Shown here in pieces: positions 1-11,693 of a DNA stretch of 64,000 nt (its first letter is position 1; every line of letters starts with the position of its first letter). A program made the position numbers and the translations under genes. The notes below the pieces were generated by a model. It was given only the letters and a program-made list of their open reading frames with translations. It searched no databases and was not told the origin of the DNA. The DNA comes from Schizochytrium sp. TIO01 (Eukaryota; Protista; Bigyra: Labyrinthulomycetes), in contig SMSO01000014.1 in assembly GCA_004764695.1 (NCBI GenBank), forward strand, positions 6,314,029 through 6,378,028, given 5' to 3'.

Positions 1-721
1 AAAACATTCTGAGTTCTTTAAAGTAATTGTGCTTTCCAAACAACCAACCCTCCTGAAGCGCCTTTCATGTACGACTCGAAATGGTATTCCAAAGAGCTCG
101 CGCAGCGGTACCCTCGCGCACCATAGAAACTCAGGATCACTTTCTCTGGTATTCTTGACCTCACTACACATACATATGCCGTCAGAGAGAAATAACCGAA
201 CAAAACCAATCAATGAGGTCAGCAATATCTCCGCAAACAACGGATCGCACGTCGAACAGCATGGTAGCAAACGTGCATAAGCACTGCAACAAGATAAACC
301 CGTCAATTGCTTCTGGCAAGTGTTTCTCGTGGCCCATCCGCGACTCCAAACACACGCACACACGATTGATGCACTTGCTTTCGTACAGCGGTCAAGCGAA
401 CTTTGTAAGCCGCAGGCACATTTGCATTGCCATGCAGACAAGGCAGAGGTGGCGATGCCTCCACAACGCAATCCACAAACTCGAAACTCACAGAATCAGT
501 CCGAGGCTGAAACCCTCCAAAGTCTTCCGTTTCCACGACTACAAACCGTGTATGTGTGGCGTCCAATGAGTAGAATTCTATGCATGGCGCCTTTGCCTGA
601 GCGAGACGATGCGACTCGCATTTCCATCGCGGGAGTCTTCTGTGGTAGGCGGCACATCAGCACCGCTGCTGCTGCCACAGATGCGCAACGAAAGCGAGCT
701 TAGCTTCGATCGGCTCGAGCA

Positions 722-1748
722 TGTCTGTGTCTGTGTCTGTGTCTGTGTCTGTGCCAACTCTCGATGGCGAGGTCTTCGTCAGCGCAGTGCTGACTGGCCC
801 AACTAAGTTGCCAAACATGGCGTTCTGCCCCCTCGCAGAGCTAGCGAGCTACCCCAAGGCACTCCACGCGCAGGTAATCAATCAATCAATCAATCAATCA
901 ATCAGCTCCTGCCTCTGCAAAGCAGAACTTGCACGTGTCTCGAGCTTTGGCCTCAGAGCTTCGCGCGTGAGTGGGAGCAAAGACCTGCAGAGTTGTATCC
1001 CAACTCCAAGCTCTGGTCCAACCTGGAGATCGGCCTCTTGTCGTTTCAGGAATGCAAGTTTCAGGCATCCAAGAGTGCAGGAGTGCAAGAGCGCAAGCAA
1101 GCAAGCAAGCAAGCACGCAAGCAAGCAAGCAAGCAAGCGATCTTCGCCACGCACTCCCGTCAGCAGGGATGTAATACCTCCAGAGAAGCAAGGAATTAAT
1201 TACAGATCAGATGCGAGCTCAGCCCAAACCCATGGACTGGCCTCCAGGAATGCAGCCCCGGCCTTGTGGCCTCCCTGCAACGGCTGTTGCGAGTCGCCTC
1301 GACTTATCCTCATCGACTCCGTCCAATGTTGGCGTTGACGCCATCTCTGAGCTTCGCAGGTAGGCATTTGGTTCTTTGTTTGTGTGCTTACTTATTCATG
1401 TGATGATGTATTTATTTATGCGTGGGCGTACGTAGCCATTGGAGCATCCGGGCCGCTCATCAACTCTTCCACTCTGACCGTATCCAAAACCAAATAAATA
1501 CCTCCATTCCCAACTCGAGGTTCCTGGTATGGTCTCTCCACACGGCAGACAGACCTCTGTGGCTTGAGCGATATCCTCGATTCCGCATCCACGGTCCTCC
1601 ATAGATCAATACCAACATCAATATCGATATCAATGTCAATATCTATATCCATATCTATATCTATATCCATATCTGGAGTCTAAAGTTGGAGTCGAAGTTG
1701 AAGCTGAAGTTGAAGTTGAAGTTGAAGTTGAGGTTGAAGTTGAAGTTG
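722..1748. repeat. Cluster of microsatellites: (TGTGTC)n ~722-753, (CAAT)n ~878-903, (GCAA)n ~1092-1137, (ATATCT/ATATCA)n ~1616-1674, (TTGAAG)n ~1686-1748
   Basis: Tandem units read directly. They produce the spurious SVSVSV, DIDIDI and LKLKLK ORFs. Confidence 0.9.
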
Positions 1749-2413
1749 TGGATACAGCTTGAGGGCCTCGAGATGCACTTCCTCGAACTGTCAGCATTCA
1801 CTTCAAGAAGCCCATTCGCCCAGCCCTGCATCCGATTCTTCGTAGTCTGTTGCTCCATTGCATTGTTTATTCGTCGTTGGTTTCATCGTTTCTAATCGCT
1901 GTCGCATTACATTCATCCTATTCCTCGCTTCCTTCTTCTTCTTTCGCGCTTCTTCGATTTCTTCGCGCCTCTCCGACCAAAGCACTGACTCCTCCAATAC
2001 ACCCCCTAGTAGCCGCTGACCACTATCACCTCACGGAGCCGCGCCGCGTGAGGGGGTTTTCAAGGGAGTTTGTCACAACCAACCTTAATACGGGGGTCGC
2101 GCGTAACTGTGGGCGATGGGAACTGGCGGCGAAGCAAATTCCCGTCTCTTCGTTGACGTTCTCAAACCAAGGCAGGAATCATCGATCGCGTTACCGTGGT
2201 GTCTGACTTGGATTGGACATGAGCCTGAAGAGCTGGAGCAGGAGGGCATCCCCGTCGATGCAGAATGTGCACCGGAGAACTTTGCCACGGAGATACAGAA
2301 GAAGTTGGAGCTTACGCTCGTGCCTCATGCTCGCTGGCTAGCGAGTTATAGGGATGGAGTAGTCGGTTTTCTTTAAAATTATAATTTTGTTTGCTAAAAA
2401 CTTTTTATTCAGC

Positions 2414-2442
2414 TTATTATTATTATTATTATTATTATTATT
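2414..2442. repeat. (TTA)n microsatellite
   Basis: ttattattattattattattattattatt read directly. Confidence 0.9.
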
Positions 2443-2738
2443 CTTTTACATTTCTTTACATTTCTTTACATTTCTTTTCTTTTCTTTTCCTTTCCTTGCT
2501 TTGCTTTGTTTTGTTAGTCGAATGCACCGTCAGAAAACGAGGAGCAGACTTGGCACTACACCTACGTACGACATACACCTCTTTTGTAACAGACCCGCCA
2601 GCCACAAGCAGACTGCAAACACTTGCTCGCTCGCTCGCCCGTCCGCTTCTGTAGACAGCGGCCTTGCGTCGGGGCTGCCAGAAGGACTTGCTTGCACAGC
2701 GTGAGCGTGAGCTGGGACCTGGCGTGTGCTGCGGCAAG

Positions 2739-3797
2739 ATGTCCCCGTTTCAGAATGACCCAGGAAACAACTATGGCAACTACGGCGACAACGACAGCTC
2801 GTCCTCGACCCCATCTTCTTCGTCATCCTCGTCGAGCGACACCAGCGAGTTATCTGCAGATGCAGTTAAAATCGCAGTGCTTGCTGCTCTTGCGGTAGGC
2901 GTTTTGATCGCCGCGGGCATTTTCGTGTACTATTATAAATTTCACAAGCAGACGCCTGCAAAACGCGATGGCACTCCAATCGTCGTAGACGGAGAAGTAT
3001 GGCATGGCCCTGACGGCAACAATCACGAAAACAATAATCAAAGTATCCCCCAGGCGAACTGGGTGGACCCTGATGCCTATAATGGGAGGGTTGACGCCAC
3101 TGCAGTGCCTGTTGCTCGCGAGCACCCAGCTAGCGTTGATAGACCCCTTGATGCGTGCGTGGTTCCGGTTTCAAGGGAGTCTAGCGTAAGGTCGCAACGT
3201 AGTGCTTCTACAGCAGCGGCGTCTTCATCGACTTCTTTCAGGGCGAGTCAGGAATCTGCTGTTGAAATGAGCAGTACTAACTCGACGTCCTCAAATTCTG
3301 TAGAAAACTCATCGGTCAGCGTAGTTGTGGAAGACACATCTGATGACAAACCAGAAGATGCTGTCGGCCCTACAGATATGTGCATGTCTGCGACAGATTT
3401 CCAAGAGGTACTCAAACAATACCATGAAAGACAATCTCTGCCACTGAGTGACGAAGACCTGGGGAAAATGATTCACACCTTTGCCGGGAACAAAGACTCC
3501 CGTGTGCGACTTGACGAGGAGTTAGCAGCTCGTTATGGACGAAGTCTCACAGAGTTTTGTGAATCTGAGCACGAATTATCTTCACCAAAAGCCGAACTTC
3601 GAGCTGTACTTGCATCTTGTGGAGCCGAAGAGGCATTGAGTCTTCTTGAGGCACGAGGTATCGACTCTGTTGCAGCGCTTCAGGATGCTGCGCCAACGAC
3701 TTTGCGCGAGGCTATCTCAGACCCAAGCCTTTTTGAAAGTGTTGGTAACGCTCAAAAACAAATTGCCTCTCCAAGCAATGCAATTCGGGGTCAATAA
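2739..3797 (+). CDS. Single-pass membrane protein with Ser-rich linkers and a C-terminal helical/SAM-like region (an upstream exon is possible via the acceptor at ~2654)
   Basis: Long ORF with first ATG at 2739. Hydrophobic IAVLAALAVGVLIAAGIFVYYY is followed by basic KFHK. C-terminal LRAVLASCGAEEALSLLEARGIDSVAALQDA resembles a SAM fold. Confidence 0.65.
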   Translation: MSPFQNDPGNNYGNYGDNDSSSSTPSSSSSSSSDTSELSADAVKIAVLAALAVGVLIAAGIFVYYYKFHKQTPAKRDGTPIVVDGEVWHGPDGNNHENNNQSIPQANWVDPDAYNGRVDATAVPVAREHPASVDRPLDACVVPVSRESSVRSQRSASTAAASSSTSFRASQESAVEMSSTNSTSSNSVENSSVSVVVEDTSDDKPEDAVGPTDMCMSATDFQEVLKQYHERQSLPLSDEDLGKMIHTFAGNKDSRVRLDEELAARYGRSLTEFCESEHELSSPKAELRAVLASCGAEEALSLLEARGIDSVAALQDAAPTTLREAISDPSLFESVGNAQKQIASPSNAIRGQ

Positions 3798-5478
3798 ATC
3801 TCGACCTATCACATGTCTCCTCCCTGCTCGCACTGCGACTTGTGTCTGGTAAAGTTTCTCCGCAAAACAAAACTAAAATGTCTTGATATGAGCTAAACGC
3901 TCTGAACAATAGCGAGGGCTGCCCATCGGATATACCAAGTCTGCACAAGACTACAAGGTTCTCATTCAACTTAAAAAGGCGGCGTTAACATACTGCAGTT
4001 CGCGTAAGATGTTTCTGTCAAGCCCGCCAATAAATAGATCAGGCATCTATCTATCTATCTCTGCGTCAGTAATATGGCTGCTGCGCACGGCATATTTCTT
4101 GAATAAACTGTCCAGTGAAAGATACATGCAAGCTTCGTCTGCTTATCGATGTTTGAGACCTTGAAATCAACGCCATTGGTAACAACGATGCATTCCTTGT
4201 CATAAAAACATGCAGCTGTTGGCTTGTAATCCGCAAGTAAACATTCTCTGGCCTGCTCTTCTTAATTTACTTCTACTAGTATTTTCCTACCTTTTTAAAA
4301 AAAAACTCTGATATCTCGAAAGAAGAATGATCGTCGTTTTCACAAAAACTTCTAGACGCTCCTTTGTTCTGTGCGAAATGCCTTCCTACAAAAGCACCTT
4401 GGTTTCCTTTTATCTACAGTGGCGCAGAGTTTCCATAAATTAAAAAACAAAAACAAAAGAACTACACAACTGAAAGAAGCCAACTAAGAATTCCAGCTGG
4501 CCGGGTATCCTCTTGCAATATTGAGTGTATGCCTTCAAGCTTCCACGCTGCACATTTAGGGTCAAATTGACTCGCTTTTGTCCAGACAGAGCAACCTGCA
4601 GGTTCCACAAGCAAAGAAGATGTCTGCTCTAGAAATTAAGGTCACGATACTACATACGCTTTAACTTCAAGGATGTCCTTTAGTCTATCTCATTTCCTTT
4701 GCGTTCGTCGTGCGGATGTAATTCTGTAAAAAAAAAAACAAAGATCACAAGCGAGAAAGGAGCAAGAAGAGGGAAAAAGGAGTTTTTTGTTTTCATGACT
4801 ATTATTTTAAAGATCATTTCTTTCCATAAATGAGAAAAGAGCCTGAGGAAAAAGAGGCGGAAGAGAGAGAGAGAGCCTGACAGCGCCAGCTGTGCAAACT
4901 TTTAATAGTTGAACGACCCTCGAACAAATCACGTACAGTCATTGATTCCTTCGTGATCAAAGTGGCAGCCGACTTTAGCAGAGCTAACTTCACTTTGAGC
5001 AGGCGTCAGGGTATTGTATCAGATCAATCTCACCTTAACTCGGCGGGGGGCTGAGAGAGGAAATGCGGTTCTAGACGACCAGAGGGATACATACAGACTC
5101 ACACAGACATCTTCCGCAGCAACGTTACTTCTTCACGCGCTCAACTGGTCAGCGATCGCCACAGCAATAGCAAAAAGCTCTGCAGCAACATCAAGATCTG
5201 GCACGATATCGAGACCAAGAATTCGCACATTTCCGTAGAAATACATAATATCTCAAGGCTGAGACAGCCTGGCTTCAGACTTTTACGCAAATTGCAAATT
5301 GCAAAAGTTGATTGACGTTATTATCTTGTCCAAAGCCACCACCCCGAAAAGGCATCATTTGATTCAAGAAAAGAACCTTTAAATCTTCAGGTGCGGTGAC
5401 TTTTGTGGCTGTGTTTGCTTGCAGGCAAAGGTCAGAGAGGGTTCTAGCCATAACTAGCTTCTTGCACAAGAGAGAGCC

Positions 5479-7905
5479 ATGGACGAAGTTCTAGCGAAGT
5501 CTCTGCGTGGAGATTTTGCGGCAGGGTCTGGCTTTGACAGTAGTAGCTCAGAGGAAGGAGATGCAGAGCCGGATGACCTGGATGAGGTATTTCATGCAAC
5601 ACAGAAGTCACGTTCTGCACCATTTCGAGGGCGCCAACAGAGTTCCAGGTACAATAGTACTCAACAGTACCAGCAGCAACAGCAGCGACATTATCAAGAA
5701 CACTTACGAGATGGAGAATCAAGGCTTGATGAGAGTAATGATGAGGACGAGGATGAGGATGAAGAAGGCCGTGTGGTTGACCTTGATGCTTTTGATGAGG
5801 ACAGTGACAACTCTGATGGTGGGCAGCAACAACAGCAAAAACAATATTCAGAAATATACAACAGATATGATCCATTTGCAGCCCAGTCCACGCATTTGTC
5901 TTCTTTACAGACCGAAGAGAGTATCGAGTCTCTATCACCAGGTCAAAGTCAGTGGCGCGCGGTACAAGCCAATAACTCAGCAATGTCTAACTTTGAGGCA
6001 GCTGAAAACTTTGCTGCAACTCCAAGTGACAGCAGTCCTTGTATTCTTACACCACAAGCTATGAGACCGTCATCACTTAAACCTGTTGCTGTGAGCTCTG
6101 AGGCCAAAGGGGAAGAACTCAGCCAATGTTCTGCGAAGGGAAAACGCAGAGTGTCATTTGCAGATGATCATATACTGGAAGACAATCGTTCTTTGACAAG
6201 TTCTTTGTCTTCGGTACAATCGCTTGAGGATGATGAAGACGAGCATGGAAGTGATATTGATTCTCTAACCGAACAATCCCATGGGGTCTTTGAAATCGGT
6301 AGAGAGCCTTTGCAAGGGAGCGATCCTAATGGTCAGCGAAGGTATAGACGCATCTCAATGGACTCTCTGCGAACAAGCGAACTTACGTACAATGCCCGCG
6401 TTACATTGTATCGCGACCGAGCTTATGCCGGAGGATTCATTGTTATGATTATCGGGGTTATTTTATTCGGGTTCGCAACGTACCGAGTGGAAAATAAGCA
6501 TCACTACATCGCAACACTGGTGGTTGGTCTCTGTCTGACAGGTATTGCCAGCTCGCTCATGGTTGGCTTTCATTACAAGCTTTTCCGAGATAGCTGGCAA
6601 TCAGGTTCACCTTTCTCGCTGAAATATCTCCGATTTGTTGCCCCTGTCCAAGGTGTGCTACTCATCGCTGTTTTATTAGTCATTTGGGCCAAAGGCTGGT
6701 CATGGGTGGTTGGCCTCGTGGTTTGCTGGAACGCAATTTATGATTTCTGGTCTCTTACGCGTACCGAGGATGGTACACAATTTGCCGCTGTTTTGCTTGA
6801 AATGGCTTCTAATCTAGTTGTTGATAATGAGGAAATGCGGCCCGCTGTTCGTCGTACTTGGTTTATTTTCCTTGCATTTAATGTGTGGCTCATCGTCTGG
6901 ATTAGCATCTTTGTGGATACTGCAAGCAGTCCTGCTTACCATTCCAAAGTGGCACTTTGCTTTTTAATGTTTGGATTGTATTGGTCTACCCAGGTTGCTC
7001 GTTCACTACTGTCTTATTACGTAACAGGTGTTGTATCCTATCGTTTGGTTCTGGCATCCCGAGATGGCCGTCAGCCCGGCCTTGTACAGGCTATGCTTTT
7101 AAAGCGCAGCCTTTCAGCAGGGTTTGGTTCTGTCTGTGCCGGTGCTCTGTACATCCACGTGGCAATTGTTCTGAGCGCTTTGCAAAACTCTTTGCGTTTC
7201 CTGTGTCGCTGTGGGCGGTTTGAAAATTCTCGCTCACGAACAGTCTCTCATGCAAGCGCAGAAGAAGATCTTTCAACACAGCAACCTCATGAAATGATTG
7301 CTGAAGAATCGACACGCGCGGCAATTCATGGTGGGCCTATGTTCCATGCGAATCGCTATGCTTGGGCTCGCGTTTCTCTCCGAGGCGCACGATTTCGACC
7401 AGCATCTCAGGAAGCGTGGTCTAAGCTTGTTTCGACAGGTGTAATTGGTGCTGTACAACAGGAAACTGCCGACCAGCTCCTTAATGGATGGATTATAATA
7501 TTTGGGTGTCTCACAGCGCTCATCGCCAACCTCCTGCTCCCAAACATTACTCAGCAGACTTCGGAGATTCAATTCGAGTTTTTTATGGCAAGTTTTGGTG
7601 CAGGATCAGGTAGCGCTGCACTCTTGTTGGAGCCGCTTCGGGCAAGCATTGCTGCTATTTTTATTTCGTTTGCAGAAAACCCAAAGTGCTTTGCTAAGGA
7701 GTGGCCTATTGTTCATCATCGTTTAATGCGTACATCAGAGATGACTTTGTTTTCCACCTCTGCATTCGCAGCTCATCTGGAATTAGATGAAAATCTCTCC
7801 TCCTCCTCGTCGTCATCCTCGTCAGCTTCGCCTTCGTCACAATCTAGTTTTCCTGGAACAATTGCTCGCATAGAGTCGAGTATTGATCCAATGGAAAGTG
7901 TTTAA
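5479..7905 (+). CDS. Choline transporter-like protein (CTL/SLC44/Pns1 family) with a long acidic N-terminal extension
   Basis: 808-aa ORF with about 9-10 TM segments. GFGSVCAGAL and NRYAWARVSLRGARFRPASQEAW match the family motifs SFGSICFGSL and NKYAYIxIAxYGxxFxxSAKxAF. Confidence 0.8.
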   Translation: MDEVLAKSLRGDFAAGSGFDSSSSEEGDAEPDDLDEVFHATQKSRSAPFRGRQQSSRYNSTQQYQQQQQRHYQEHLRDGESRLDESNDEDEDEDEEGRVVDLDAFDEDSDNSDGGQQQQQKQYSEIYNRYDPFAAQSTHLSSLQTEESIESLSPGQSQWRAVQANNSAMSNFEAAENFAATPSDSSPCILTPQAMRPSSLKPVAVSSEAKGEELSQCSAKGKRRVSFADDHILEDNRSLTSSLSSVQSLEDDEDEHGSDIDSLTEQSHGVFEIGREPLQGSDPNGQRRYRRISMDSLRTSELTYNARVTLYRDRAYAGGFIVMIIGVILFGFATYRVENKHHYIATLVVGLCLTGIASSLMVGFHYKLFRDSWQSGSPFSLKYLRFVAPVQGVLLIAVLLVIWAKGWSWVVGLVVCWNAIYDFWSLTRTEDGTQFAAVLLEMASNLVVDNEEMRPAVRRTWFIFLAFNVWLIVWISIFVDTASSPAYHSKVALCFLMFGLYWSTQVARSLLSYYVTGVVSYRLVLASRDGRQPGLVQAMLLKRSLSAGFGSVCAGALYIHVAIVLSALQNSLRFLCRCGRFENSRSRTVSHASAEEDLSTQQPHEMIAEESTRAAIHGGPMFHANRYAWARVSLRGARFRPASQEAWSKLVSTGVIGAVQQETADQLLNGWIIIFGCLTALIANLLLPNITQQTSEIQFEFFMASFGAGSGSAALLLEPLRASIAAIFISFAENPKCFAKEWPIVHHRLMRTSEMTLFSTSAFAAHLELDENLSSSSSSSSSASPSSQSSFPGTIARIESSIDPMESV

Positions 7906-8329
7906 ATAGAAGATTATGTTAATCTCCATGACTGAACATGCCCTTGTTGCCTTTCTTTGGTAACTTTCTGGCGTTGTAACCTACCAACCTTTTAAACGAA
8001 TAAATGACCAAGTCTGTCGAGGTCAGGATCTTTGCTACTTGTTACTTATTGGATTTCTCTTTGTCCAAACAACCTCTTCCTCGATGACTCCATCAATTCT
8101 CTTGAAAACGAGATGTGGAAATGGTATCAGCTTCAGAAGACCTTCGTGATCAAATTGAGCAGATGATGAGGCAACTGATTATGTGATTTCTCAGAAATAT
8201 TCAGAATCCGCTCGGCCTGTCAGGAATAGGGAGTTTGAAATTAGCTTTCTGAATTCTTACTTTTCACCCATGGAATTAGGATATATTTTCGAGACAGAGT
8301 AACAATTGCTATTTTCAATAAAAGGTAAA

Positions 8330-9709
8330 ATGTATTATTTTAATTCTATTTTGATTTTATTGAAAACCAGAATGTTAATAATTCAAAACCCAAAACTAAA
8401 ACAATTGATTGTCTATGGGATTTTACGACATACTGCATTAGTGGCTGAGGAGTCGGTTGCCTTAACCTTCGGTTCCCTTCTCACTATAGTTGCAGGAGTC
8501 TTAACGAAGAGAAATGATCCTACTCTCCCCCAGGATATCTTTATTGGTATCGGTAATTTTAGACGTATTGTAGGCAATCCAGACTTTAGTATACTTCGTC
8601 ATAATCACGATACAGGTGCTGACTATGAGCCAGTGATTGTTGGTGAATTCAACAGCCCTGTCTTTTCATTCAACAATCTCGCTAAGCATTATTGCGACGA
8701 AGGATGTCAAGATCAAGATTGTGAGTCGCAGCGGCATACGAGAGACTCAATTATTCGTCAAACGTACAATTACATGCTACGAAACGGTCTGCTTGTTGGC
8801 ATCTACACGAACTATGAGCAGACGTCTGGGTTTTACAGAGACTGTTCAGGAAATTTGCTGGCCACTGAGCCTATTTCGGAAGTCACCGAGGGGGATATAG
8901 AGCAGGGCCAGCTCAGCGTACTACAGTTAGTTGCACTCAGTATTTTGATTGCCTATGATGGTGCGGTACCCGAATTCCATTGTGGCGATATAGATGGTTT
9001 CCTTATACCGTGTCCAGATGGTCATGAAGGTGGTCCTTGTCAAGGTCACAAAAAGTTGCCAGAAGCTTGCAAAGCAGAAAGTGACCGCGAAAAAGACGAG
9101 CATGAAACTACGAATTCCCCACCGGACAATAGCTTCTTCGCTTTAGATCTGACTGTAGATGGAAAGCCATTGTACTTCATTGATCTGCAAGGTCAGGAGC
9201 ATCTAGCACCTGGGTCCGCGGGTGAAGTGGTGCGTGCCCAGATACCCCTAAGGTCAGGCAATGTGGACACTGTGTTGAAGATTTTGGAAACGTTTCAGCA
9301 GCAAAAGAAGGTACCTGATCTTCAACATGAAGCTTCAATCTATAGGGAACTTACCTCGCAACAGGGCGAATGCATCCCGGAGTTTGTCGATGTTGGTTTC
9401 TTTAGGGAGGGTTTTCTCTACGCTCTTGGTACTGTTTATTCAGGTGAGAATGTTTCGAGTGAGGCAACTCTCAGTGGCGGATTCGTGGAGAAGGCCGTTG
9501 AGTCTCTAGCCAAAATCCATAACCATGGTGTTTTACACGGCGATTTGAGCAAGAACAATATTCTTCGTCACAAAGACACAGGAGAACCTATGTTCATCGA
9601 CTTTGGTTTTGCCAAGCGCGTTGATACTATGAGTTCAGATGAGTTTGAGAAGTCTACGGAAGCGGAGGGCAAAGAACTTCGAAACATACTGACTAAATCC
9701 AGTAACTGA
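8330..9709 (+). CDS. Crinkler/RHS-type PD-(D/E)xK-like domain fused to a C-terminal protein kinase; 5' end uncertain or decayed
   Basis: Kinase motifs VLKI, HEASIY, HGDLSKNNIL and IDFG. Upstream REase-like motifs GNPDF...VIVGEFN and RQTYNYMLRNGLLVGIYTNY. Possible in-frame intron 8325-8441, and an in-frame TAA at 8300 upstream. Confidence 0.7.
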   Translation: MYYFNSILILLKTRMLIIQNPKLKQLIVYGILRHTALVAEESVALTFGSLLTIVAGVLTKRNDPTLPQDIFIGIGNFRRIVGNPDFSILRHNHDTGADYEPVIVGEFNSPVFSFNNLAKHYCDEGCQDQDCESQRHTRDSIIRQTYNYMLRNGLLVGIYTNYEQTSGFYRDCSGNLLATEPISEVTEGDIEQGQLSVLQLVALSILIAYDGAVPEFHCGDIDGFLIPCPDGHEGGPCQGHKKLPEACKAESDREKDEHETTNSPPDNSFFALDLTVDGKPLYFIDLQGQEHLAPGSAGEVVRAQIPLRSGNVDTVLKILETFQQQKKVPDLQHEASIYRELTSQQGECIPEFVDVGFFREGFLYALGTVYSGENVSSEATLSGGFVEKAVESLAKIHNHGVLHGDLSKNNILRHKDTGEPMFIDFGFAKRVDTMSSDEFEKSTEAEGKELRNILTKSSN

Positions 9710-9888
9710 TAGTCCCTACCTTCTCCAAGATGGATAGATAAATAAATGAATAAAATCTTCAAGAGTTCGTTTGATTGAAAGTATGAGCTTATTAACTTAG
9801 GCTTAAGTTAAGGAGTTGTAGAAGTTGTTTGATTGGGGCAACATCGAATCGTGAGATAATACAGCATGTGATCCACAACCGGTGTAAG

Positions 9889-10281
9889 TTACTGTTGTTT
9901 CTGTATGATATTGCTTAAGACCTTGAAGAAGTCAGATTCTTTGATTTTTAAAAAACCACTTTTCGCCCATGCGAATGCAAGACAAGCCTTTAGAATGTGG
10001 ACAATGTCTGTGAGCGAGCCATCTCTGAGACAGTCTATAATTCTAGACATGTTTACTCCTAGATAAGTATCATAGAATCGAACCAAACTACGAACTCTTG
10101 ACATCCCATTTACAATCACCAGGAGTGTTGTAGTAATTTGAATAAAAACTTCAAAATGGGGGTGTTTAATCAATGCGCCTTGATACATATTACGGTGGTT
10201 TGGAAGAGAAACAATTTCAGAACGGTGTTTTTTATGCTCGCATGCTTTGATTAATTCCTCGGCATGATTTGTCTCCACCAT
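9889..10281 (-). CDS. Hypothetical 130-aa ORF in the AT-rich island, convergent with the kinase gene
   Basis: ATG-initiated and stop-free for 130 codons in AT-rich DNA. No family recognised. Confidence 0.3.
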   Translation of the reverse strand: MVETNHAEELIKACEHKKHRSEIVSLPNHRNMYQGALIKHPHFEVFIQITTTLLVIVNGMSRVRSLVRFYDTYLGVNMSRIIDCLRDGSLTDIVHILKACLAFAWAKSGFLKIKESDFFKVLSNIIQKQQ

Positions 10282-10934
10282 TAATAGATAAGTTTGCCTG
10301 ACACCTCCTACCCCAAGGGAAGAGAAAGTTCGTATTAAAGCACAAATAAATCCGGAAGGGAATGCTTTTTATGGTCTCTAAGCTACAGTACAAATCTAAC
10401 CTCGTTACGACAAGATGCGAAGCAAAGAACTGTTTTTAGAACATACAACATCACAACAAACAACATAAAACAGAGAAATAGTAGCTTGTCACTTAATATG
10501 ACTTGAGTAGGATTCTCTTTTATCAAACGTAGACTAATAATGTATGATATGACAAGCAAGACATGAGGTGAATTGTATAAAGAAATTAAACGTTTCTTCG
10601 AGGGTTAGCTTGGCGATGGGCTACACTGCTACTTGAGTATATTGTGCACGGCAAGCACGCGATTGTTATGATGCCAAGTAAATCAATTCGCATGCATGCG
10701 GGCATGGCATGACATGTGAGATGTTTGAAGGAAATGTACGACGCGACTGACCTGGGGAACGTAAGGGATACAAAACGAACATAAAAGTGGAGCGTGCACA
10801 CAAGCTGTATGCACCCTCAAAACCTTAAAAGTAGAGGGCGCAACCCGGGCGAGAACGCAGAATTTACCCGTTGCACGCCGGTCCAGCAAGGCAGCCAACA
10901 TCCTTGTTTTGTGTCCGCAGATATCCATCCGCAC

Positions 10935-11693
10935 TTAGTCAAACTTCTTGTTGTAGACGTCGATTGATCGGCCGTGGCGTTCGAGGTCCTCAGCGAGGCC
11001 AGCCTTAAGGCCATCAATCCAGAAGTCGTAACGGTAGCCAATGTAGCCGCCGACACCGAAAGCAATCACATGCTCCCAGGGTGCTGTGTGTTGAAACCAT
11101 CAATATTGACCCAAGTCACCAGTAATGAATTTTAATACGTCCAAGATAATGTTGTTCCCATTGAGGAGCCATATTCACTCATTGTTTTTTCCGTTCACAT
11201 CCACGTTCACCAGATGTCCACAGTGCCACCAACAAGCCGTAGAACCAAACCAAAGGATGAACAGTGAGAGAAGAGTGATCCATCAGTGACCATAAGACGC
11301 ATGAATGAATGACCGCATGGTATTTATTTACATGTCCGTATTAATATATCATCAAACACACCAAAAATAACCCGAGTAAACACACAATCAACGTCAGTCT
11401 TGGTCCTCGCCCAAAATAATCTACCCATTTGCGCAGCACATCATATATTGCACGCACACTCGCAGGCAAGCCTAAAATTATACCAAGGCAGCGAACACGA
11501 ATGATACGATACTTAATAAACATATACACAAAAAGAGAGAAGCCGCGTCTTCTCTCCTTCGCTCATGCATCGTCGCCATTACGCCATCGCGCAGCACCGC
11601 GCGCTACTTACCGCTGGTGATGGGGGACTGGCGGAGGCCCTTGGCCCAGATGTGGATGCCGAGGCCCGAGAGAGCGCCCGCGAGAAAGCCCAT
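10935..11693 (-). CDS. NDUFC2: Mitochondrial complex I subunit B14.5b (NDUFC2-like), 76 aa, two exons: 11693-11612 and 11083-10935
   Basis: Manual splice (G|gtaagt ... acacag|CA) gives MGFLAGALSGLGIHIWAKGLRQSPITSAPWEHVIAFGVGGYIGYRYDFWIDGLKAGLAEDLERHGRSIDVYNKKFD*. The GL...LR..P...PWEHV pattern matches plant/algal B14.5b. Confidence 0.8.

Noticed and set aside
18-570. Possible minus-strand exons at the window edge
   Set aside because: Splice-like sites are present but there is no recognisable protein or consistent frame.
721-1895. ORFs with SVSV, DIDI, LKLK and SKQA repeats
   Set aside because: Translations of microsatellites.
11283-11354. Box C (TGATGA) and box D (CTGA) ~70 nt apart in the NDUFC2 intron, a possible snoRNA
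   Set aside because: No terminal stem, no purine before box C, and no convincing rRNA-complementary guide next to box D. An Infernal/snoscan search would settle it.
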